A stretch of DNA of 64,000 bases, taken from positions 310,001 to 374,000 of the forward strand of contig MU054001.1 of assembly GCA_013239625.1 (NCBI GenBank), written 5' to 3'. Shown here one piece after another: positions 1-14,410 of the stretch. Positions within the stretch are counted from its first letter, which is position 1. The number at the start of each line of letters is the position of its first letter. The translations under genes were made by a program, and so were the position numbers. Source of the DNA: Lama guanicoe. Lineage: Eukaryota. A model generated the notes under the pieces. The model saw nothing but the letters and a program-made list of their open reading frames with translations. It searched no databases and was not told the origin of the DNA.

Positions 1-3000
1 CAAGGTGATTCCAGTCATCAGCCAAATTTTCAGTAATTGTTAAAACTGTGAATTTATGTAATAAGTCCATGGGCCACAGAAAAATGACCTGGCTCCGTTC
101 TACTTTTCTGTTCTGTCTTCCTTCCCTCCATCCTTTCTATTATTTCCATTAGAAGGAACTATTTAGCCCCGAGCTTCCAAATAACCAAAGTGTCCAACAA
201 ACAACAGGTCCTTTAGATAAACGGACTTATTCTCTTAAGTTTAAACTTAAGCACGTTTTTTTTTCTTGATCATTTTAGGAGGACCTCCCTCCCACTGCAC
301 CCCCATGACTTACCAAGATTTTTGACAGCGACTTCTCACTAACACTGGGCTTCCCAAAAGAACAGTCTGCTGAAAACAACAAAAAAACCCCCAATCCCCT
401 CTTTATCTTATGGCTCTGATTATTATGTTACATTACAGTAGGCTTTCCCTGTGAAAATAAAAATCAAGTTCATTCATGGTTATGACACCTCATTACATAG
501 ACAATGGTCTGGCACGTAGTAGGAATGTTGAAAAATGAACGAATGAATGAATGACTAGCTCTATGTTTAGACTTCATTTCATCTTCCCTTTGGACCTAGT
601 GGTCCAATTTCATCATTCTCCTCCTTGGAGCTACTTGAGGGAGGAAACTGATGGTTAGAACCACATTTTGCACACAGTTGGAGGGCAGGAAACAGTTATT
701 GCAATAAAGCAAAGCACCCAGTACCCCTGGAACCCACACCCTTTCTCTCTCAGCTGGTGAGTAGCTTAAAGAAGCTTCCCAGAAAAGGTGCTGACAAGAG
801 CTCACGATTCCAAGCCGAGAAAGCCTAGTGCTGGTAACGGAAGCCTGCTGCTGACACGTGATGGAGAATGCTGGAGCAGGCTGTGGCTTGAGAGCCGGCG
901 GGTGGAGCGGGGCAGCTCTGGGGCTCTCCTGCTCGGGGAAGGCAAGCCATGGCTGGGAGGAGAGAGAGGAGCCTTCTTCTTGGCTCCCCAGCTGGCATCT
1001 CAGGGCCTGAAGTTGAGTCTGGGGAGGAAAGGTTGGAGGAGAGGCCGTGGAGCTCGATGGAACATCATCTCCACTACCAGCTGCCTCTCTGAGGACATAG
1101 ATCTCGGAAAGAGGCCTGCAATTCAGACCCGTGCAGCAGCCAAAATCTTTTTTTTATTAAAATGCTTTGTGCTGCAGGATACCGGGGAGTTAAGCTGATC
1201 TGTCTCTGAGAGCGTGTTTGCCTAGAGCGCACTATTAGATACTTTGTCTTCTTTAAAATAATACTAAGAGATGGGCTTTATAAAGTCTCTCTGCTCCTGC
1301 TCTATATTGCCGCCTGCAGAAATGGGGCCAGAAGCAGAGACCACTTGCCCTGCTGGGAAGGGCCTTGATGCACCAGGAAGCGAGGGCTTTCCCACTGCCT
1401 GGCTCCCCGGCAGCAGCGTGCGAGCTGGAGCAAACAAACCGGGTTTGATTTCCGAGATGTCATTGGTGAAAACGCCGCGTTATCCGTCAGGTTAAAGATA
1501 CTGCTGCCGTGTCTACAGCTCCTGTTACAAGTGCTATCAAATCATTCACAGTAGCATTCCTCTTGGATAAAAGATTTTATCGAGAGCATTTATTTATAAA
1601 GAAAATAGTGCCGATAGTGGCATCGTTACGTTCCCCCGTTAATCATCTCCCGTCTCTCACACTGTGTTCAAGCTCATTAGTATTTGTAAGATAAAATATA
1701 CACACTTGATTATCTTTTGGCACCTCACGATTTAAAAAGGAAGAAGAAGAAGGGGAGAAAAAAAAAAAAACAACCTGACAGCAAATCCTTGAAAGTGATT
1801 GCTTTTTACTGCGCACGGAATTTTGTGTTTCTCTGAGCATGCAAAGGCATCTCGTAACATCTATTCCATTGGTATCCTTGGCAATTTTAGGCATAAATAA
1901 CCACCCTCTTAAGTGGTGCAACATGTATTATTTTTCTCCTGTGAACTGGGGGCCTCACACACACGATTCTCCAATTGCAAATAATAAAATGTGTGTGAGA
2001 TCAGTAATCCTAATTCAAGAATAAACCAGAAGAAATGTCGTGTTTAAAACTGCATGAACACTGGGACTTGGAGTGACACACTGGCGAGTAGCAAGCGACT
2101 TCTCTTTCTGCCCAAATTTGAAGAATTGCCTAAGCCCTGCACTTCCCCGTTTAAATATCTCTTGCTTGGGTTGCCACAAAGAGCCTTTGTACGTTATTCT
2201 GAAAAGCTGTAGGCATAGGATTATGTGTTCTTACACGTCTTATTTTAGGCATCAGCAGCAAAGGATACCAAAGGCAAATTTATGTTTAGAGCTATCAATA
2301 AAACATAACCGAGAGTCTGCTAAATTAGTAATCATGAAAAAACCTAGCCAGTTCTTTCTCTATTCCTCTTGCTTTCTCTCTCTCTCTCTTTTTAATATTA
2401 CAAAGCAACTTTTAAAATATTTGCCTTTGGTGTGAGGGTGGTCTCCTAAGACAAGCGTATACTTAAATATCTCAGAGGTACCTGCAGGCCTTATTTTTGG
2501 ACTAGGGTATCAAGGGAGAACTACATAAAGTCTAATAATGGTTTTGAGTTAAATGCCTTCAAGTACCGCCAGGGGCCTTTACAATCTGATGTCCATCATG
2601 AAAGGCATAATTTATCAGCAAGATGGAAAAGATAGTGTTTGTCAGCAGTTGTTATTAACTCAAATGAATAGATCATTTTGCCCGGACCTCTAAAAGCTCT
2701 ATTTCAATCTCACGGACACCAAAAACACTACACATGAAACCATTTAGCCAAGAGGGAAAATTACTCTCCATTTTACCGCAATGGCCCTGGATTTTCTGCA
2801 GGGAACATAAACAGTAAAGCAGGAAGGAAGATGCCCGCCATGAGGCAGTGTCGGGGCGGGCCAGGTCCAGCCCCAGAGAGAAAGCGCCTTCTTTATGAGG
2901 GGTTTAATATCTGGAGGGAAAGATTTTCTTGACATTGGGGGTAACAGAGCCATATGGTACCCCCAGAAGGCGGCATGCAGACAGGCGTCTGGGTGTGGTT

Positions 3001-5439
3001 TCTTTTTGGTGCCTAAATCATTTGCAAGAGTTTGAAGGACTAGAAAACACAGACAATTATCTCCCTTGGCTGCTGGGATATGAGGGCTGGAAGGCCTCCG
3101 AGATCAGTTGGCAGAGTGGTTTTCATTTTCTTTGTAGCCTCAGAACTCTTTCTTCCTTCAAAATATAATACCAAACTCTGATTATAAAACAGATAAAAGC
3201 AGAATGCTCTGGTGAAGGTGGGGATAGGGGGCTCAAAATCCCACCCACAGAGCCCCGACCCCTCCTCCTCCAACAGTGAAGTGCCTAAGGGCTTGGCAGA
3301 ACACAAGTTTAAAACCACTGCTTTATTAGCTTCACTCGCTCCAAATTCCAAGACTCAGAGAGGGGAAGTGACTTGTCCAAAGTCACACAGCTCACTAAAG
3401 GCCAAGAGGGACCATTAATGCCAGTCAAGGGCTTCGCATGCTTTAGTTCTTAAGATTCAAAAGCAGATAACTTGCCTCCTTGGTCACGCCTTGCCTGCAA
3501 TGTGTTTGCCAGCTTTAGAAGCCACGCACATCCATGTGGTTCTGTCTTTCTCATTTCTTGCTTTATTCTTCCTGGCAGTGAACAGGCATACTTATCATTA
3601 AGCTGCTTTAAAGATGACATATAACCTTAATGACTATTCCCAAACATCATTTTTTTTAACATTGGATGCTTGCATGTATATTTCATTTCTTCAGGTCACT
3701 ATAACTTTATAGAGAAGCTGGGACTCTTCCCACTGTTTGGAAATCTACAGTCCGGAGGCTCAGCACCTCCCAGGCCTTTTTCTGCTCCTCCAGCCACGTG
3801 GCTCCAGTAGGAGCTGCCCAGTTTTCACAGAACCCCACCCTACTGACCTCAGCTGATCAGCACTGGATGCTGAGTGGAACCACAGATATGAAACACAGAA
3901 GCTGTCACTCGGCCATGTTCCCTACCAAGAGATGATGAATTCTACCCACTAAGTCTGAGGAGGAGATAGTAAACTCCCAGATCCAGCTGTTTAGCTTTTA
4001 CCAGCAGCAGACCAGGTCCAGCTGCAACCTGGTCCCTCATGTGCCCTGGCTGTCTCACCTGTCCTTCAATCACAGGTGATGAACAGGGCACTTCAGGTCA
4101 GAGGTGAGGGTTTGGGGGGTGGAGTCATGTAAACGCGGTCACGAGCTCTTGATCTAGAACAGGCCACTTAGTTATTCTTTCTGTTTCTCCATCTATAGAG
4201 TGAGGAAGCTAATAGGAACTGCTTCCTAGAACTATTCCAGCCAAACATTTGATAAGAACTCAGTGTCTAGGACTTGGTCCTGGAAAATCAACCGTCTGAT
4301 AAACTGATACTCAGTGTAGCACATCAGGAATGTGTTGGCACAAGTGAGCAGAGAAGTGGCCAGATGCTGCCAAGAGTCAGGGAAGATGAGAGCCTGAAGG
4401 ATATTAACCAATGACCTTTCTTAGGAAAATTAAAATGGAAATCCTTCATCCAAGCGAGTGGTTTCCTCCATGGCTGGGTCACTCTGGGGCCCTGATGGGT
4501 GCACCCTGTATCTTTTGCTTGGGGTAGCATCTCTGTAAATTTCTGCGGCCCTTGATATTATAAACTCACTATTCTCTGGGAGCATCTTTCCATCAATAAC
4601 ATCCCATCCCATTGTGACACAACATATTATTATTACTTTCTTTCCAAACGCTCTGCTAACTAGTTTGAGTTGGGATTTTTGCCCTTGCAACCAGGGGAGC
4701 CCTACCCATTTAGGTACATCTAGTCCCTGATTCTAAGCCCAAACATTGAGTTCCCTCCCGTTGCCCCGTGTCTTTTACTGAAGTACCACAGTTGGGCTGA
4801 TCTAAAGGCCGAATTTAACGCATTACCTCAAACATTTTCTGAGTGCCTGTAGGGAGATTAGTGGTAAATAGCAGTATACTGTGGTAAGGGCTCCAAAAGA
4901 GAGAGGAGAAAGAGGTCTGTGGGAGTGTGGGGCATAGCAGGATTGCCTCTGGTGCTGGGGGTTAGGAAAGGGCTCCCAGAGAAAGTGGCTTTTGCTCTGG
5001 GTCACAAGGAGAAAGGGAACATCAGTGGTAGAGATACTGGGTCAAGACAGTGCAGGGCAGGCTGGAGGTAGTGACTTTTCCTTAATGTGACACATCCTTG
5101 AAGGCAGAGATTGAGGTCTGGCAGTACCACGTGATAATCATAATGGACAGCGTTTTTTGAATGCTTCCTATTTGTCAGATTTCTTTTGTGTGCTTTACAG
5201 ATAGTCATTCATTGGATGCTCACAGCATCTGCGGATAGACCCTGAATTGTCCCCACTTCCCATAAGAGTTCCCATGTGTAAGCAGCAGGGCTGGGGTGCA
5301 GTCTCCTGCCAGGCCATTGGACACTCATATCTACTAGCTGCTTAATTAACGGCCCCAGATGTACAGCGCCATGGTGGGACAGGCTGGGGAGATGCTGGTG
5401 AATAGGACAGCGTGGTCTCTCTCCTCTTGGAGCTTACAG

Positions 5440-6060
5440 TTCAGTGTGTATTATAAGAAACCAGACTCACTTTTCCTCATGTCATTGTTTTTATGAATAC
5501 AGGTTAGATATGGCAGAATCCTCCCCCTCCAGTGTTGTGTTTGTGTGGCTTTCAAGTCTGTGTGAGGACACTGGTGGTTACATCCCTAGTAGGCACTTCC
5601 CCACCTTCCCCTGCTTTCCCATCAGCCCCTGATTTTTGTGATTCTAGGCAGGCTGATAGCAGCCTGGGGCCCAAGGAGGAATGTGAGTGAGACCAGGGCA
5701 AGCCAATCAACACATTCCATCGACTGGCCCCAATCATTGGTTCAGGAGTGGGAGTGTGACTTCAGTGGATCTGATTAAATTGGTTTTCAGGTCTTTGTCT
5801 GGGAATACTGAGATAAAGTTTCTCTTTCTTCCCCTCCAGGGCATGAACAAAGAAATAGGAAGCTCCCCAAAGTGCTGAAAGCCGTCTTGAGACTGGGAGA
5901 AGAAACACTTGCTGAGGCTGGAATCACTACCAAGCAAATGGAGTTGAAAAATTAAGAGAGAAGATCTGGATCCTGGTGACATCACTGGGCTCCTGGATCA
6001 TGCCTCACCTGAAGCCTCAGCAGTTCTTCCTCTGGATTTTATACTCATAGAAGCCAATTT
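5440..6060 (+). mobile_element. ERVL/MaLR-type solo LTR (old; subfamily uncertain)
   Basis: GCCAATCA...CATTGGTTCAGG...GTGAC and TCCTGGTGACATCA...CCTGGATCA...CCTGAAGCC motifs typical of old LTR33/MLT1-class LTRs. Confidence 0.6.
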
Positions 6061-6453
6061 GAATCTGGCATCCATTGGAATCCAAAGCTTACAGCTTGGG
6101 AGGCTGTGAGGGCCACTGTTGGCATGGGAAAGTCTCCTGTGGGTCCCAGTCTGCTACTCAGTCTTTGTGTGATCTCTGTTCTCCAAATATTGGTTTCTTT
6201 GTCTGTTACACGAGAAGGTCAGATTAAAATAACAGCAGTGATGAGGATGGTGATGATTATCACCACTTAGAAGGTACTTCCTGCTTCCATCTGCTCTGCC
6301 GAGGCTTTTTATATACAGTATCTTATTTAGTTGGTCCAACAGCCTCATGAAGTAGTGACCTAAGGAAACTGATGCTCATAGAGATTGAATCACGGTGCAA
6401 CCAATACATGGCAGAGCTGAGACGTGATTCAGGCGTCTAACACCGATTTTTTT

Positions 6454-6672
6454 AAACATTTTTTTATTGATTTATAATCATTTTACAATGTTGTGTCAAA
6501 TTCCAGTGTAATGCACAATTTTTCAGTTATACATGAACATATATAAATTCATTGTCACATTGTTTTCTCTGTGAGCTACCATAAGATCTTGTATATATTT
6601 CCCTGTGCTATACAGTATAATCTTGTTTATCTATTCCCCAATTTTGAAATCCCGTCTATCCCTTCCCACCCT
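6454..6672 (-). mobile_element. Younger LINE-1 3' end (5'-truncated)
   Basis: T-rich tail followed by TTTACAATGTTGTGTCAAATTCCAGTGTA...CCCTGTGCTATACAGTA; TSD ccgattttttt at 6443 and 6673; same family as 57895-58455. Confidence 0.85.
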
Positions 6673-8249
6673 CCGATTTTTTTTTTAAGAGACCAGCTTT
6701 TTCATTGCAAAACTCTTATAATCTGTGAACGTCTAGGAGGACTGGGGCCACAGTTATGTTATTCAAACTTTATTCCCCCAGCACCAAGCGTAATACCTGG
6801 CAAAGAGTGGATATCTACTATATATGGGTTGAATGAATGAATGAATGAATGGCTGAAGGAACTCCAAGAGCCCGTTCAGCTCTAAAGTCCTTTGAATTAT
6901 GCTCTTTGCCTAATGAGAGTTCCCAGAAGCATTTCTCAGGTGAAGGGCAAACCCCTTTCTCCTCCTCTGAACTAGTGCTTGCTCCACTGTCTGCCCCCCA
7001 CTAATGAGGGGACACAGCCCAAGGGGACCGTGTCTCCAGGCTAATTATTTTGTGGTTGCTCTGACCACACAATTCAAGATATTCAGGCTATTGTTGGTGT
7101 TTTACATCTTGCCACTGTTGCCCTTGCCAGCTTCCAAGGGCATGAAGCCACGGCCCAGCAGGCTGGCCCTTCCAAGGTCAGCTTGACGGCAAACACAAAC
7201 TTAATTGAGCTGGAATAATAATTTTTTCCCCTTTGCTTGATGTGCAGGTGACAATACTTAAAATATCGACAAGCCTTAATACTTTTAAATTCAGTTGTTT
7301 GCTGATCAGGAGCAGCTACTTAAATTGACCAATCTATCTTGCCCAGCTGGAGATCAAGGGATCAGCACTTAATTTCATTCCCTGAATAAAGAATTTTTTT
7401 TTATATATCCACATGGAAATATCAGAACATGAAAGGTTAAATCAATATGGAGTTTTACATTGCTTAAAGGGCATTTGCATCAAAGCAGCCCTGAATGCAA
7501 TTCACTTGTTTAATGAATTTTTTATGCTTATTTAATGAATTTCACAAAGGTTTGGTGTTTTTCATAAAATGGATAAGGACTTCCAGTTTTATGAAATAAT
7601 AAAAATGGAACTGAAGTTATGAAATGAGCAATCTCATTAGTTAGGCATGATATATTCATATGAAAATGTACATGTCTCTGTATTATTGTCTGGGCACCAT
7701 TATGCGAACAGTGGCTTGTCATAATAGCATGGCAAATATTCTTCTAGTTAAGATATCAAGAAGTGACAGAAGGAAATTGCATTTTCTCCCCATTTCTAAT
7801 AATGACATAATTAATGCTCATTTAAAATAATTACCTGGGCATTGTTTCCCAAGAGTGCAGGGGCCTAACTCAATACTAAATGCGTCCTGAGATACTTTTG
7901 AACCTCAGTAACTCAAATGACGTCCCGTGCTTTATAATTTGTTATCTGTTGAAGTCACAGCGATCCCCTGACTTTCCATTTTGATGTCCTGGTGCGCAAA
8001 ACAGAATATGCCAGATTAAATATATCAAACTGTCCACATACAGAAGAAATATCTTGTGCCCTGATGGAGAGACAGAGAGAGAGAGAGAAAAGGAGGTTGG
8101 TTACACAATCGTGTAATCAATTCCTGGGCTCTTCTGGAGGGGCCGGGGGGCTTGTATATATCCTTGGACCTTAGGCTTTCCAGTGTTTGGTGAACCCGTC
8201 AGGTACTGTCCTGTTGACTCATCTTTGATTTTCAGAGGTCAGAGAGCAT

Positions 8250-8470
8250 CCTGGTTAACAATTTAGGCTTTGAAACACAGCTGTATGCCTGATGACTGTT
8301 TGACCGTAAGCAAGCGACTTAACCTCTCTGAACCTCAGCTGTAAGATAAGGATCATACTTGGTAGTTCCCGCCTCAGAGGGCTGTGGGCAAGACTCGGTA
8401 AGTCGCTGCATGAAAAGTTCTTAGCCCAGTGTCGGGCATCCGGTAGGCACCCCATAAGGTCAGCTGTTGG
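8250..8470 (+). mobile_element. MIR SINE
   Basis: GCAAGCGACTTAACCTCTCTGAACCTCAG core. Confidence 0.75.
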
Positions 8471-9901
8471 CATAGAAGCTGCCGGTAAGAGGCTGTGTGT
8501 GGAGTTTGCTGCCTGCTCTGGCGTGGAGTCTGAACAGAAGTCAGGAATCAGCGTGAGGCAGGCCCTCGCTGGGGAAAACTCCGAACTGTCTCATCGCTCT
8601 TTCTTTGCCTATTCAAGAGGACAGGCAGCTGGAATGCTCCTCTGGCATTCAACGCTGATATCAATCTCAGCAACATGAATAATACAGTGCAACCAAATTA
8701 ATTCTGGCTCCTCTGATTTCACAGAGCGGACAAATTCAAATGAGCACTTCAGTGAGCGTGTCTGGGGCACCCACTGGGTGTAGGGCTTGCCCTACGAAAG
8801 GGGAAAGGCAGAGCTTCCTGTGTTCAAGGAGCCTGTAATCCTGCTAGGGCAACATGGAAGACCCAGGATGCAGTTTTACTGCCCCTAAAACTCCTTATAT
8901 CTGTATAGCACTTTGTCCTTGTCAAAAACCTTTCAAGGGACCAGCTCAACCCTCAGGATACTTTTGACAGTAGATTGAAATAATTTCATTGGCTGCAGAG
9001 AAGTACTTAGCATTGTGGTTAGCAAATTGGTCCCTGCAGTTAGAGCCCACTCTGCACAGTTCTAGCTGTGTGGCCTCCCGCAAGTCACTTAACCTCTCTG
9101 AGCATCGGTTTTGTTATCTTTTAAACGGAGATGATAAGAAGACCCACTAAATTTACTAGCGTATAAGACATATCGCCCCGACATTCCTCCATACGCTGAA
9201 AACTACTGCGTGTCCAATGTGCCCATCTTCCAGGTGGAAATGAGTGTTGAAGAGAAAAAGAAATGGAAGATGCTACCCCCCAGTGGTGGAGTTAGGGAAT
9301 TCAAACTCTCACAGCAAGAAGAGTACCATTGCCTTTCGGTAGTAGGGGCAAGTTTTTTGTTTGCTTGGTTTTTTTAGTAGTGGCAAGGTTTTTTTGGTTA
9401 CCTTGTTAAATTTTTTAAATAAAAATTAAAAAAACCACGTGACTGATTAGACTTTGACTTACTATTTCTGCTGTTTTCCAGATTCACTGACATATATGTG
9501 TATGTATACATATATACACAAACACACATTCACACATATGTAATTTGTAAAACTGTCATTTTATACTCTTGGAAGAGTTAGTTGATTATTACTAAATATA
9601 CAAAAATTATGATTTTCCAGTGAATTTCAATATATAGTTAACTGTACTTATAATAACATATAAAATAGTAAAATTATAGAATATTCCTTCCCATATAAAA
9701 TCATTTTAATATCACCTTTAATATAGACAATAAAAATACTCAGTTTCTTTCCCTTCATCCAAATTTTATTCTCGTATTAGGGTGGATCTTAATACACTGT
9801 GTTAATAATAATAAATTTCATAATTTTATTTCTATAAACTTAGGTCTTAACTCCCAAGATCAGAGACCCTTCTAAGACAGGACACTCTCTCATCTTCACA
9901 T

Positions 9902-9931
9902 GTTTGTATCCTCACACGTTTGTATCCTCAC
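9902..9931 (+). repeat. 16-bp-period tandem duplication
   Basis: GTTTGTATCCTCAC at 9902 and 9918. Confidence 0.85.
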
Positions 9932-10119
9932 TGGAACTTTAAATCTCAAGTTCTCGATCAGAGCACACCTGGAGACCTTTCTGACTTACACAAGCCCACA
10001 GCTCTAGCCAGAGAACGCATAGGTGAGCCCCTCGAGTTTGATAATAGCGTCATTTTATTTCACACCAGAAGACACTTAGATTCACAGGCAAAGTCCCCGG
10101 TCCCCGCTCCCTACACCTC

Positions 10120-10846
10120 CATCTCCCACACTGGCTCTGCAGGTGCTCAGACCCAAACCTCGGAGTCATCCTTGACTACACTCTGCCTCTCATCAGAGTC
10201 AGATGAGGGTTCCCCTCAACACCCCCGACCCCCACCTTCTGCCCTCAACAGCAAATCCCGCTGCCTCCACCATCGTAATCTGCCCAGAAACCCACCACTG
10301 CTCACCAGGTCTGTCACTCCGGGTCACCGTCACATGTAGCCTGCATCCTGCAGCAGAGTCCTCCCTGCCCTTCCCTTTCTTACTCCTTCCCCCTCAGTCT
10401 GTCTCCCAGACAGAAGCCAGAGTGATGCTTTTAAGATGTAAATCAGATCCCACTATCCCTCTGCTCAAAACCCATCTCAGAGTAAAAATCCTAAGTCCTT
10501 TTGGCAGCCTGGTGAACACAGAGGTCTCCTTCACCAAACTCCCAGGTGCCCCCCCCGCCAGCAACCTTGCACTGGCCTGGCCCTCTGCCGGGATAGAATT
10601 CTCCTCCCCACTATCTGCAGGTTTCACTTCCTGCCTGAAAGGCCTCCTTATCCACCTCCCCTAAGGAACTTCCCACCCCTACTCCCTTAAGCTGCTTAAT
10701 TTTTCTTTGCAGCACTTAGGATCACTTAACACAGCACTTCACTAGGACATGCGGACTTGTGCTACATCCTTACTGCCTAAAGCAGTGGGCACAGCGAGTG
10801 ATGGATGAACACTTGGTGAATGAATGAATGAATGAATGAATGAATA
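10120..10846 (+). mobile_element. L2 LINE 3' fragment
   Basis: GCAGAGTC...AGCCAGAGTGATGCTTTTAAGATGTAAATCAGATC...CTGCTCAAAACCC, ending in (TGAA)n. Confidence 0.75.
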
Positions 10847-12766
10847 ACTAAGGCCCAGGACAACCTATATTCAATGTCTGAAACTATCTCCTTGTCTCTG
10901 CCCCAAACATAATTCTGGGTCAAAGAGGGACTCATTTCAATCACATCTTCATCTGACTTACTCTCTAGACCTGGGGTCGAGTTAAATGTATCCAGACCCC
11001 AGGCCCAGGCTTTGAAGACAAAAGCCCAAACTGAACAGAAACTGTCTCATCCTTGAATTTTTTCCCTTCCAATGGCCTTGTCCTCCTCCGAGGGGAGAGT
11101 AATTTATAAAATTCAGTTCAATGAGGTTTCCAGCTAATTGAGGCTTTCCTGAATATCCTGCTTGGTGCATTGATTAAGCACCTCTCCGTGCTTTGTGCCG
11201 CGGAGGGCTGGGAGGTGAAACAGCGAACAAGACGAGGCCTGTGCCCTCCAGGTGCTGACAACTCCAGCGGGGAGGGAGACAGACACACAAGCTCTCACAA
11301 CCCAGGGCAGAAAGAAGAGTGAGTTAAGCAGAGCTGACAGCTGTGTGCTTGGGGCCAAGAGGGTCCATTACATCAACTCTTGTTCGGTCCAATTTATTAC
11401 TCCCACTATTACTAATCTAATAATAATAATTTCTGGTAGGCCTGCCTTCTTTGATATCAAAGGGTTATTTTTCTACTGCCAAAATTAATGATAAAAGAAA
11501 ACAACTCATTGGAATTAAAAGCAGTTGTGCTTGCTGACGGTTGAGAGAAGCGTGGGCTCTTCTCGGGAGAGTGGGGAGGGGGAGCTGGTGACTATCTCTT
11601 TAAGGACCCACTCCCCCAGGGACTTCCTCCAGCAGAGCCCCATGGCCTAGGCAAAAATCAAAGTCACACTGGATCTCTCTAACAGCTCTGCCATTTAATG
11701 TTGAACATCTGGGAGGGAAAATGACCTGAAGCTTTTCAAAATAACTGAAGACAGGCATTCCAGGTTTGTGGTGAGCATGGCAGACGGGGCTGGCATGTCA
11801 CACATTCTGGAAGCCTGAGTCAGCCAAGGCATCCGGCGGTACCCAGCCACCCCACGTCACCCACAGGAGGATCTCAGGGGGTGTTTGTTGGTGCTTGGTT
11901 TGCCTTGATGTGGTTCCTAGATTTCAAAGGCGCCTCGACGTGGGGGTGGGTCAGCATTTTCCAAGCGCATTTTCCAACCCCATTTTCTGTTGCATTCCAT
12001 CAGCCCTGAACTCACATTCCCACAATTGTCAAAAGCATCCTAGATCATTGGGCAAAAAGGATGCACCATTAGGTATCAGGGCAAAAGCTGAAAATAACTA
12101 TGGATGTACTATAGTAGAAGGCAGGGGCTTGTCTTTTCCTGTGACTCATGAACGAGGTTGGTACGTTATGTGTCAGGCGATCCAAGTGAAAATGGCCACA
12201 GGTCAGTCAAGGAACGCAAGTGAAGTGGGCCAGGCTTTAGCACGTGGACGCGTTTTGTGAGAGGTGGAGCCTCAGCCAAACAGGAGGCCCTGTCTCCACA
12301 CCAGACAACAACCATTACTCAGACCCCATCAGCTGCTGTCGGGCAGGAATGCGGTGGGCCCTGGCAGGAATTTGGGTTTTCTTGTGATGCAACAGCCCAG
12401 TGAAACATGCCTGAGGGCCACGAGGGTGGCAGTTTGTAAACATGGTTATCTATCAGTCAAAGCCATCTCTAAAAGCCTGATTATGGTCCTTGGCACTCAG
12501 TGACATAGACAGCATTTACATCCATGAATGTTCTGCCTTGTTAGCTTATTCATGGGGCTTTTAACCCAAATAATCCTTCAGAGTTGTGCAGTGTCTGACA
12601 GCGCAGGGAAGCACTTCCGTAACGATTACAGGCTTCGTTCTGCAGATGGGGATGAGCGTCGTTAGTGATATCTGTGTGGTGAAGAGGTGGGGCAGCAATT
12701 CTGAGCCTCAGTTCTTGTTCCAAGTGGAAAAGGCTTCGGTTTCTTCCCTGCTGCTTAATATACCAT

Positions 12767-13287
12767 TGCGGTGTGTTTAAACATGGCTGCAAATTTTTGG
12801 ATGCTTCTCTCATCAGAGATCGGTGGATTTCCCCTCACTTTGCCTCTGGGCTTGTCTGGATCTGCTTTGACCACTAGAATGCCAGGGAAGCGATGCTATG
12901 CCGGTTCAGGGCACAGCCTTTAAGAGGACTGGAGGTTTCCGCTTCTTTCTTCTTGGAGTCTTGAGCTGCCTTGTGAAAAGTCTGACTAGCCACTTAGAAA
13001 AACCATGTGGAGAAACCCTGAGATGACACAGAGAGGGGAGGGAGCCAGCTTCCAGCTACTCCACCAGGGCCAGACATAGGAGTGAACTTTCTTGGTCCCT
13101 CCAGACCATCCAGCTGCTAGTCGAACACCATGGAGGGACCCCTCCAGTCGATGGCACATGGAACAGAAGCATTTCCCCATCTAAGGTCTGCCAGAATTGC
13201 TGACACATCAACCACATTAAATAATAACTTGGTTGTTGTTTTAAGCCATAACATTCCAGGGAAGTATGTCAGCAGGTAACCAAAACT
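12767..13287 (+). mobile_element. MLT1 (MaLR) solo LTR
   Basis: ATGGCTGCAAATT..., TGCTTTGACCACTAGAATG, GCCTTTAAGAGGACTGG and GTTGTTTTAAGCCA. Confidence 0.8.
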
Positions 13288-13330
13288 TTCCTGCACACCT
13301 ACAACAGCACATCTCTGGATGCAGTACTCT

Positions 13331-13400
13331 TATCTGTCTGTCTGTCTATCTATCTATCTGTCTTCTAATCTATTTATCATCCTATCCATCTGTCTATCTC
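13331..13400 (+). repeat. (TCTG)n/(TCTA)n microsatellite
   Basis: Direct reading. Confidence 0.85.
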
Positions 13401-13429
13401 TCACTCTAATTCACATAAGTGTATCAATA

Positions 13430-13960
13430 TAGTAATTGAAGAAGACAGGAAAACACAAAAAAGAAATAACCTTCTGTCAGAAGATTGTCACCAGGAATAT
13501 CTATCCCTCCAAACCTTTTTCTATTTTTTTTCTTAACAAAATTGAGATTATACTGGATTTACTGCTGTGTCATCTGCCTTTATTACTCAGTATGTTGGGA
13601 ACGCTTTCCCATGCGATGGAAACATTTTTTTCAATGTGATTTTTAGTGGCTGCACAGAAAATCTGTGTTAAGGATGTACTATGATATATGTAACCAATTT
13701 CATATTGTTTGAATATTTAGTTTGTTTCCAAATTTTCTGCATTATAAATATTGTTGCAATCAATACTGGTGACCATGACCACTAATTCATATCACTGATT
13801 ATATTTGAGGATGCACATTTACAAATGAAATTGTTAGGTATAAAGTTTATGCACAATTTTCCAGGCTTTTGAACATTGGGAAATTGCTCTGCAGACTAGC
13901 AGTATTTGAAAAGGACAACTTTTTCAGTATCTTTTCAAATTCTGAGTGTTATCATTATTT
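13430..13960 (-). mobile_element. Old LINE-1 (L1ME-like) 3' region
   Basis: AT-rich degenerate L1 3' motifs (GAATATTTAGTTTGTTTCCAAATTTTCTGCATTATAAATA; AAATGAAATTGTTAGG). Confidence 0.6.
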
Positions 13961-14410
13961 TAAAAATCCCTCTTTTTTTAGCTACTATTTGCTGGTACTG
14001 TCAGGCACTACTAAGAGCTAACAACTCTATGAAGTAAGTATGATTATTTGGTGTATTTTACAAAGAAGGTAAACAAAGTTCAGGGAGCTTAAGATAAATG
14101 TCTTGAGTCACACGCTGATTTGAATCCAGCTTGTCTGACTCTACACTCGTAACTCATCTAGAACGCCACTTTTTAGTATTTTTTAAAATGTCTTACTTCG
14201 CATATGGGTGGAGAAGAGAGACGAGCAACCTAACACATCAAGACTTCAGAAACAGAATCTTATACCTTTGGTTTTACATTCTCTTTGTCAAAGGGTATGT
14301 TCATTTAATGACTCAATTAGATCATCTCATAAAACGTCAAAGCTGGATGTTCTAGATCATCTGAGGCAATAGAACTCTTTTAAAATAAAATTGTACAGGA
14401 AGGTCCAATA

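Noticed and set aside
4330..4700. Possible old ERVL-type LTR
   Set aside because: Only the 3' terminal motif (GAGTTGGGATTTTTGCCCTTGCAACCA) is suggestive; boundaries cannot be supported.
9268..9292. CTCF-like motifs here and at ~18619-18637 and ~52568-52584
   Set aside because: Each has mismatches at core positions; too weak without a PWM score or conservation.
9370..9840. Very AT-rich stretch as a distinct element
   Set aside because: Possibly a degraded DNA transposon or L1 piece, but no diagnostic termini could be recognised.
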